A stretch of DNA of 64,000 nucleotides from an uncultured Solirubrobacterales bacterium (GTDB taxonomy: Bacteria; Actinomycetota; Thermoleophilia; Solirubrobacterales; Thermoleophilaceae): NCBI GenBank assembly GCA_963715445.1, contig OY970240.1, positions 2,008,839 to 2,072,838 of the forward strand, given 5' to 3'. Position 1 is the stretch's first letter. Each line of letters starts with the position of its first letter. Shown here one piece after another: positions 27,649 through 34,114 of the stretch. The notes below the pieces were generated by a model, which worked only from the letters and a program-made list of their open reading frames with translations, was not told the DNA's origin and ran no database searches. Position numbers and translations under genes: made by a program.

Positions 27649-28338
27649 TCACGGGTCGTCGTCGGCTCCAGGAGGGTCGCGCAGCACCGCGAGGCCGCTA
27701 GCGATCTGGTCTAGCTTGCCGCCGAGCGGCGTCAGGGATTTGTCTATCTGCTCGCCGAAGGCTTGTGCCAACCTGCGCTCAGGGTCGGCCGCAAGGAATC
27801 GCTCCCGCGCTCCGCTGAGAGCGTCGCGCCAATCGGCGAGCTCAAGGAAGTGCTCGTCAACGAGATGCGTCTTCCCACTGGCGTCCTTCATCGTGCCGGT
27901 CAGCGAGACGCCGGCATAGGTCGCTGGTAGCGAGTTGATGTTGTCCGACAAGCCGCCAGGCGGCATGAAGTCTCGCTGCTCGCCGCTGCTGAGAACGTTC
28001 TTTCGCCAACGCCGCTCGTCCTTAGCGGTCTCAGCAGCGATTGGCTTGAAGACGATTCGGACATCCACGGCGAATGCAGCTCCCGGACCTACGTTGCGTA
28101 TCGCGACGGTGACGGTCGCGGGTCCGAGACGATGAAACTCGATGGCCAGCTTCGGCAGGATGGCGCTCTCGCGAGCGAGCTGCATCTCGGCGACCATGCG
28201 CCGGTTCTGGATCGCGTAGTAGACGGTGACGGCAATCAACACCGCCGTGAGCAGCGCGGTAAAGGCACCTTGGTGAGCGTCTAGGTAGTCGATCACGGGC
28301 GTGATTGGGATCTGCACATCAGTTGGCGCGCGATACAT
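27649..28338 (-). CDS. Hypothetical N-terminally membrane-anchored protein
   Basis: TM FTALLTAVLIAVTVYYAI followed by a roughly 180-aa domain with no recognised motif. Confidence 0.5.
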   Translation of the reverse strand: MYRAPTDVQIPITPVIDYLDAHQGAFTALLTAVLIAVTVYYAIQNRRMVAEMQLARESAILPKLAIEFHRLGPATVTVAIRNVGPGAAFAVDVRIVFKPIAAETAKDERRWRKNVLSSGEQRDFMPPGGLSDNINSLPATYAGVSLTGTMKDASGKTHLVDEHFLELADWRDALSGARERFLAADPERRLAQAFGEQIDKSLTPLGGKLDQIASGLAVLRDPPGADDDP

Positions 28339-28444
28339 GCGGCGATGCTCTCAGAGCAGGTACAGGTGGCTACGTTCGACGCCCCCGGAGCGAGAAACGA
28401 CTGCCCATTGTCCCTCCAGCCGTCCCATCACCGCCCCTAGAACG

Positions 28445-28468
28445 CAAAAACCCGCTCTGGGAGCGGGT
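28445..28468 (-). terminator. Rho-independent terminator after tRNA-Glu
   Basis: Minus strand ACCCGCTC-CCAG-AGCGGGT followed by TTTTTGCG. Confidence 0.6.
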
Positions 28469-28475
28469 CAAGCAG

Positions 28476-28548
28476 TACCGCCACGGGGATTCGAACCCCG
28501 GTTTCCGCCGTGAGAGGGCGGCGTCCTAGTCCCCTAGACGATGGCGGC
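28476..28548 (-). tRNA. tRNA-Glu (anticodon CTC)
   Basis: GCCGCCATCGTCTAGGGGACTAGGACGCCGCCCTCTCACGGCGGAAACCGGGGTTCGAATCCCCGTGGCGGTA. Anticodon loop CTCTCAC. G1-U72 wobble. 73 nt. Confidence 0.85.
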
Positions 28549-28643
28549 GCGGCGGTCGATTGTACAACTGGACCGCCGATGCGCCCAGACGCCTCGAAGA
28601 AGGGGCAGCGGCGGCGAGCGCGATGGCTGTGTCTGACGCGCGG

Positions 28644-28820
28644 GTGTAGGCTTGCCGTGTTCATACGGCCGGTGGCCAGGGAAGTCCGGTGTGAATCCGG
28701 CGCGGTCCCGCCACTGTGACAGGGCGTTGAAGCCCCGCACGACCGCAAGGTCAGCCACTGAGAGCCCTACGGGCGATCGGGAAGGCGCGGAGCAGAGCCC
28801 CAAGCCAGGAGACCTACCTC
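28644..28820 (+). promoter_or_regulatory. Cobalamin (B12) riboswitch
   Basis: Core CAGGGAAGTCCGGTGTGAATCCGGCGCGGTCCCGCCACTGTGA and B12-box-like AGCCAGGAGACCTACC. Candidate P1 pairing GTAGG/CCTAC. Sits 40 nt before the first operon ATG. Confidence 0.8.
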
Positions 28821-28858
28821 CGGCCGCGATCAGTCAACCCTCGAGGAAAGGGCGATCT

Positions 28859-29848
28859 ATGCAGATCTCCACTCGACGTTCCCTGCGCGGGCTAGCGGTT
28901 TCCGCCTGCGCTGTTACCGCCGTTGCCGCGGCTCCGATGGCGGCCAACGCCGCCACCACCGCCGACCTCCGCGTGGAGGCAGGCGGCAAGACGCTCGTCC
29001 CATCCGGCTACTCGTTCGCAACCGACACGGTGAAGGCGAAGACCGACACTCGTCCCGAGTGCGGTGGCTCGGGCAAGAGCGTGACGCTCGACGGGCCCAA
29101 TGCGCTCGGCCTGCTCGTTGACGCTTCGAGCGCTCGCAAGCCGCTGGCCCCTGTCGGAGTCTCTGACAAGTTCAGCTTCGGCCTGCTCGTCTGCGGCGTT
29201 GGTCGGTTCATGTCCGATGCCACGTCGTTCTGGCTCTACAAGGTCGATCACAAGTCGCCTGAGGTGGGCGCGGAGCAGTTCGCGCTGACCGGTGGCGAGG
29301 AAGTCCTCTGGTTCCGCCAGTCGGGCGCCGTGAACAGCGGCTCCGAGCTGGCGATCGAGGCTCCCGTGCGTGCGAAGCGCAAGGGTGCGTTCGACGTCAC
29401 GGTGGTCGCCTACGACTTCGCCGGCAAGAAGACCCCGGCGGCAGGGGCGCAGGTGAACTTCCCCGGTGGCAGCGCCATCGTGGGAGCCGACGGTCGGGCC
29501 GAGGTGAAGGTCTCCAAGGCCGGACAGGCCAAGCTCAGCGCCACTCGCGGCATCGACATCCCCACCGGGGCTGTTGAGGTCTGCATCGGCAAGAAGCTCT
29601 CCGACTGCTCCGCCAAGCGCGGCAAGCGGATCTTCGGCACGCCCAAGGGCGATGAGCTCAAGGGCACAGGCGGTCCCGACGTGATCAGCGCCGGCGCAGG
29701 CAAGGACGAGATCGACGTTCGCCGGGGCGGCGAGGACAAGGTCAAGTGCGGCAAGGGCCGTGACAGCGTCCGCATCGGCAAGGGCGACAGCGCCGCGAAG
29801 GACTGCGAGGTCGTGAACGGCGAGCCGCGCAGCGCAGGCAAGAAGTAG
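28859..29848 (+). CDS. Secreted DUF4430-like protein with Ig-like middle domain and C-terminal RTX-like Gly/Asp repeats
   Basis: Signal peptide ...MAANA. FWLYKVDHKSPEVGAEQFALTGGEEVLWF (DUF4430 signature). GTPKGDELKGTGGPDVISAGAGKDEIDVRRGGEDKV repeats. ATG at 28859 after GAGGAAAGGG. Confidence 0.7.
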   Translation: MQISTRRSLRGLAVSACAVTAVAAAPMAANAATTADLRVEAGGKTLVPSGYSFATDTVKAKTDTRPECGGSGKSVTLDGPNALGLLVDASSARKPLAPVGVSDKFSFGLLVCGVGRFMSDATSFWLYKVDHKSPEVGAEQFALTGGEEVLWFRQSGAVNSGSELAIEAPVRAKRKGAFDVTVVAYDFAGKKTPAAGAQVNFPGGSAIVGADGRAEVKVSKAGQAKLSATRGIDIPTGAVEVCIGKKLSDCSAKRGKRIFGTPKGDELKGTGGPDVISAGAGKDEIDVRRGGEDKVKCGKGRDSVRIGKGDSAAKDCEVVNGEPRSAGKK

Positions 29849-29858
29849 TAGTCGAGCG

Positions 29859-30626
29859 ATGAACCTGCCCAGGCTCAAGGCACGCATCGCCGCGGGGGCG
29901 CTCGTCGCCTGCGCGGCGGTCGTGCCCGCCTGGGCTGGGCCGCTCGCGACCGGTGCCGCGGCGCCGGTCGCATCGCTCTCCGCGGGACCGTTCCTGGATC
30001 ACACGGTCGCGTTCCGCGGGAGCAAGGTGCTGGTCAAGAAGGTCAAGGCTCCTGCCGTCACCGTGCGCGTTGGCAAGCGCAAGCGCTGCGCGGTGGCGGC
30101 ATGGACGCCGCTCGCCGCCCTGGTGCGGGCGAAGCCGGGCAAGGTCCTCCTGAAGGACTTCGGATCCTGCTCGCTCAAAAACGCCCAGGACGGGGCGGGG
30201 CTGTTCGTGAAGTCGATTCGTGGCCAGCAGAACCATCGCCAGGACGGCTGGGTCTACAAGGTCGGCCGTCGGCTCGGCACCGCCGGGGTGGCCGATCCCT
30301 CGGGGCCCTTCGGTAGCGGCCGCCTGCGCGCCGGTCAGCGGCTCCTCTGGTTCTACTGCGTCTACGAGGACGGGAGCTGCCAGCGGACGCTGGAGGTGAA
30401 GCTGAAGGATCAGGGCGGCGGCATCGCCTCGGCGTTCGTCAGGGGCTTCGACGACGGTGGCAACGGGGTGCCCGTGGAGGGCGCCAAGGTCACCGCGGGA
30501 GCTGCATCGGCGATCACCGGGGCGGACGGCAGAACGAGCCTGCAGCTGTCGCAGGGCCTGCACGTCGTGTACGCGTCCAAGGCCGGGGCGATCCGCTCCT
30601 TCGGCGAGCGACTGACGGTGCGCTGA
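29859..30626 (+). CDS. Secreted DUF4430-like protein with C-terminal Ig/carboxypeptidase-regulatory-like domain
   Basis: Signal peptide ...VPAWA. GWVYKVGRRLGTAGVADPSGPFGSGRLRAGQRLLWFY. Confidence 0.65.
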   Translation: MNLPRLKARIAAGALVACAAVVPAWAGPLATGAAAPVASLSAGPFLDHTVAFRGSKVLVKKVKAPAVTVRVGKRKRCAVAAWTPLAALVRAKPGKVLLKDFGSCSLKNAQDGAGLFVKSIRGQQNHRQDGWVYKVGRRLGTAGVADPSGPFGSGRLRAGQRLLWFYCVYEDGSCQRTLEVKLKDQGGGIASAFVRGFDDGGNGVPVEGAKVTAGAASAITGADGRTSLQLSQGLHVVYASKAGAIRSFGERLTVR

Positions 30627-31552
30627 TGCGCCGGGCGCCGCTGCTGTGCTGCCTGGCGGCGATGGCCGCGGTGGCCGGCTGCGGGTTCGGCCCTGGTGAC
30701 GAGCAGTCGGGCAAGGGGGTCGACCTGCGGGTGACGCGGGACTTCGGCCACGAGCTGCTGTCCTCGGAGGGAAGCCGCCCGATTCGCGAGGGCGAGACGG
30801 TGATGCGCCTGCTGCGCTCCAGCAACGAGGTTGGAACGCGCTTCGGCGGCGCCTTCGTGCAGTCGATCGACGGCTTGGAGGGGCGCGGCGCAACCGGGGC
30901 GCACGACTGGTTCTTCTACGTGAACGGGATCGAGTCGGACCGCGGCGCGGCCGATTACGAGCTCTCGCCGGGAGACGTCGTCACCTGGGACTACCGGGAC
31001 TGGGGGGCGGCGATGGGCGTGCGCGCGATCGTCGGCGCGTTCCCGCAGCCGTTCATCGGCGGGCTCGACGGCAAGCGCTTTCCCGTGCGGGTGGAGTGCG
31101 AGGACGCTTCAGGAGATCCCTGCGAGGAGGTGAAGGAGCGCCTTCGTGACCTCGGGGTGCCCGCCACGGGCGCATCGCTCGGCGCGCCCGGGACCCAGCG
31201 CGTGGCGCGGGTCGTGGTGGCCACCTGGAGCCGCGCGCGCGAGCTGCCGAGCGCGCGCCAGCTGGAGCGCGGGCCGAAGATCAGCGGGGTGTTCGCCCGC
31301 TTCGCCGAGGACGGCGCGGCGCTCGAGCTGCTCGGCGAGGACGGCGAGACCGCCCGCACCGATCGCGCCGGTGGTGGCCTGGTGGCCGCGCTGCGGCCGA
31401 CCGACGACGAGCTGCTCTGGCTGGTCGTGGGAGTCGATGATGAGGGAGTCGAGAATGCCGCCGAGGCCTTCCGGGCGCGAGACCTGCGCGACGCGTTTGC
31501 GGTCGCGGCGGGCCCGGAGGGAGTTCACAAGCTGCCGCTGGAGATCGAGTGA
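30626..31552 (+). CDS. DUF4430-like lipoprotein
   Basis: Lipobox AAVAGC. DWFFYVNGIESDRGAADYELSPGDVVTWDY. Its ATG overlaps the preceding stop (TGATG). Confidence 0.7.
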   Translation: MRRAPLLCCLAAMAAVAGCGFGPGDEQSGKGVDLRVTRDFGHELLSSEGSRPIREGETVMRLLRSSNEVGTRFGGAFVQSIDGLEGRGATGAHDWFFYVNGIESDRGAADYELSPGDVVTWDYRDWGAAMGVRAIVGAFPQPFIGGLDGKRFPVRVECEDASGDPCEEVKERLRDLGVPATGASLGAPGTQRVARVVVATWSRARELPSARQLERGPKISGVFARFAEDGAALELLGEDGETARTDRAGGGLVAALRPTDDELLWLVVGVDDEGVENAAEAFRARDLRDAFAVAAGPEGVHKLPLEIE

Positions 31553-32466
31553 GCGCCGGGGGGTGGGGAGGACCGCTGAGCGCCGGGCGCATGGTTCCGG
31601 TCTACCGTCAGCGCGCCAGCCCTCTTCACGCCGCGCGCGCGAGCGTCACCGCATCTCTCTGCGCGGCGTTCGCCCTCGTCTGCTCGCTGTACGAGAGCCC
31701 ATTCGTGCTGCTCACTGTCATCGCGGCGGTGGTCGGGCTCGGGGTCGCGGCGGGAGTGGGGCGGGAGCTCGCGCGCACCGCGTTGTTCTCGGTGCCGCTC
31801 GCGCTCCTCGTGATGCTCATCAACCCGCTCGTCTACCGCGACGGGGAGACCCTGCTGATCAGGGGAGGGACCTTCCTCGGCCGCCGCTTCGACATCACGC
31901 TCGAAGCCCTGGCGGCCGGCGGGCTGGCCGGTCTGCGGGTGATCGCCTTCGTGATGGCCTTCGGCCTCTTCTCGGCGTGCGTCGACCCTGACGACATGCT
32001 GCGTGCCTTCCGCCGCTTCTCCTACCGCTCGGCGCTCACCGCGGCGCTTGCCACCCGTCTCGTGCCGGTGCTCGCGCGCGATGCCACCCGCATGGGGGAC
32101 GCGATGCGCTGCCGCCCCACCCAGCCCGGCCGGTTGGCGGTTGCGCGGGCCGCCCTCTCCGGCGCGCTCGACAGGGGTGTGGAGGTCGCGGCGGCGCTCG
32201 AGGTGCGCGGGTACTCACGAGCCGGGAAGCCCGTGCGCTCGCCACGACCGTGGTCGCGTCACGACCTGCGGGTGGCCACGGCTGCCGTCTTCGTCGCTGT
32301 ATCGGCGATTGCCCTTCGGATCGCGGGCGCGGGAGCGATCGAGAAGTACCCGCAGATCGATTTCGCGCCCGGCCCCGCCGACGCCGCGCTCTGCGCCTGC
32401 CTGCTGCTTGCCGCCGCGCTCCCGTTCGCCGGGCGCTCGGCGCGGCTGGGGGTCGCCCGTGCCTGA
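31549..32466 (+). CDS. Energy-coupling factor transporter transmembrane component (EcfT/CbiQ family)
   Basis: YRQRASPLHAARASV..., RSALTAALATRLVPVLARDATRMGDAMRCRP. GTGA overlap with the previous gene; alternative ATG at 31591. Confidence 0.8.
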   Translation: MSAGGWGGPLSAGRMVPVYRQRASPLHAARASVTASLCAAFALVCSLYESPFVLLTVIAAVVGLGVAAGVGRELARTALFSVPLALLVMLINPLVYRDGETLLIRGGTFLGRRFDITLEALAAGGLAGLRVIAFVMAFGLFSACVDPDDMLRAFRRFSYRSALTAALATRLVPVLARDATRMGDAMRCRPTQPGRLAVARAALSGALDRGVEVAAALEVRGYSRAGKPVRSPRPWSRHDLRVATAAVFVAVSAIALRIAGAGAIEKYPQIDFAPGPADAALCACLLLAAALPFAGRSARLGVARA

Positions 32467-32494
32467 TCGCGGACAGTCGATAGGCCAGGACACG

Positions 32495-34114
32495 ATGGTC
32501 GGCCAGGCGCCGCTCGTTCGGGTGGAGGGCTTCTCCTACCGCTACCCCGAGCGCGAGGTGGATGCGCTGCGCGACGTGACGCTCGAGCTCGGCCCGGGGA
32601 GCTTCACCGTGCTGGTCGGCGAATCGGGATCGGGCAAGTCGACGCTCCTGCGCGCGCTCTGCGGGCTCGTTCCCCACTTCCACGGCGGCGATGTGGCCGG
32701 GGAGCTGGAGGTCGGCGGGATGAGCGTGCGGGAGCACGGCCCGGGCGAGCTCGCGGCCGTGTGCGGAACCGTCTTCCAAGACCCCGAGGTCCAGGTGGTG
32801 ATGGGCGGCGTGCGCGCTGAGCTCTCGCTGCCGCTCGAGCACCGCGGCGAGACGCCGGCGGCCGTGGCCCGTGCCGTCGAGGAGGTGGCGCTGACGCTGG
32901 GCATCGCGCACCTGCTCGACCGTCGCAACGACACGCTCTCGGGAGGCGAGCTGCAGCGGGTTGCGATCGCCGCCGCGCTCGTCCACCGTCCGGCCCTGCT
33001 CGTGCTCGACGAGCCGACCTCCCAGCTCGACCCCGTCGCCGGGGACGAGCTGATCTGGCTGTTGCGTCGCCTCAACGAGGAGCAGGGCACGGCGGTCGTG
33101 ATCGCCGAGCACCGGCTCGAGCGCTGCCTGCCCGCGGCCGATCGCGTGATCGCGATCGATGGTGGCGCCGTCGTCTGCGACGCGTCTCCGGAGGAGTTCC
33201 TCGCCTGGGCGGTGGAGGACGGTGGCGGGCTCGCCACGCCGATCTCGAGGCTCTTCGACCTGACCGGCCTCGGCCCGCTGCCGACTTCGGTCAAGGAGGC
33301 CCAGGCGCTGCTCGGTGACGCAGGGCTCGTCCCCGCGCCGGGCGAGCCTCTCCAGCAGACGGCCGATTCCGAGGAGAGAGCGCCGAGGCGCCCATGGCGC
33401 CGCCGCGAGCGTGAGCCGGCCGCCGTGGAGGCACGTGGACTGTGGCACGAGCTGGAGGACGGCGTGGCGATCCTGCGCGGCATCGACCTGCGTGTGGAGC
33501 CCGGCGAGCTGGTCGCGCTGATGGGGCGCAACGGCGCCGGCAAGTCCACGCTCCTGCGCCACCTCAAGGGCCTCGCCGAGCCGACGCGAGGCAGCATCGA
33601 GCGCTCCGGCGAGGTTGCCTTGCTGCTCCAGAACCCGGGCGACTACCTGATCCACGAGCACGCCGGTGAGGAGGTCGGGCTCGCGGGCCTGGCCGCCGCC
33701 GGGCTCGCCGATCGGGAGCAGTCCAACCCGCGCGACCTCTCCGGCGGGGAGCGCCAGCGCCTGGCGCTCGAGATCGTGCTGGAGGGCGGGCCCTGCGCCG
33801 TGGCCTGCCTCGACGAGCCCACGCGCGGCATGGACCGCGCGCACAAGGATGCGCTCGCGGCCCGTCTTGGCGAGCTGGCGCAGGACGGCGCGGCGGTGAT
33901 CGTCGCGACTCACGACACGGAGTTCGCGTCCACCTTCGCCACGCGCGTCGTATTGATGGGACAGGGGGTCGTCATCGCGGACGGCCAGCCCGTCGAGGTG
34001 CTCGCGGGCGGCTGGCACTTCTCGACCGAGGTGGCGCGCGCGCTCGGCGGCGCCGGTGGAGCGCTGACCCCCGAGGAGGGAGCCGAGCTGATCGGAAGGG
34101 AGCTGGCCCGGTGA
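32495..34114 (+). CDS. ECF/ABC transporter ATPase, fused double nucleotide-binding domain (EcfA-EcfA')
   Basis: Two Walker A motifs (GESGSGKST, GRNGAGKST), two signature motifs (LSGGELQR, LSGGERQR), two Walker B motifs (LLVLDEPT, VACLDEPT). Alternative GTG start at 32459 overlaps the EcfT stop. Confidence 0.85.
   Translation: MVGQAPLVRVEGFSYRYPEREVDALRDVTLELGPGSFTVLVGESGSGKSTLLRALCGLVPHFHGGDVAGELEVGGMSVREHGPGELAAVCGTVFQDPEVQVVMGGVRAELSLPLEHRGETPAAVARAVEEVALTLGIAHLLDRRNDTLSGGELQRVAIAAALVHRPALLVLDEPTSQLDPVAGDELIWLLRRLNEEQGTAVVIAEHRLERCLPAADRVIAIDGGAVVCDASPEEFLAWAVEDGGGLATPISRLFDLTGLGPLPTSVKEAQALLGDAGLVPAPGEPLQQTADSEERAPRRPWRRREREPAAVEARGLWHELEDGVAILRGIDLRVEPGELVALMGRNGAGKSTLLRHLKGLAEPTRGSIERSGEVALLLQNPGDYLIHEHAGEEVGLAGLAAAGLADREQSNPRDLSGGERQRLALEIVLEGGPCAVACLDEPTRGMDRAHKDALAARLGELAQDGAAVIVATHDTEFASTFATRVVLMGQGVVIADGQPVEVLAGGWHFSTEVARALGGAGGALTPEEGAELIGRELAR

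Larger units (their letters stand above)
23305..28496. mobile_element. tRNA-Glu-associated genomic islet (about 5.2 kb, lower GC, no integrase seen)
   Basis: Bounded by the 23-bp direct repeat. One interior 60-nt line hand-counts at 57% GC against an estimated 70% backbone. Cargo is the KAP NTPase and orphan genes. Confidence 0.6.

Noticed and set aside
23305-28496. Integrase or recombinase expected on a tRNA-integrated element
   Set aside because: No frame in the islet shows tyrosine-recombinase (R..HxxR..Y) or serine-recombinase features, so none is annotated. The islet is reported as integrase-less rather than inventing one.
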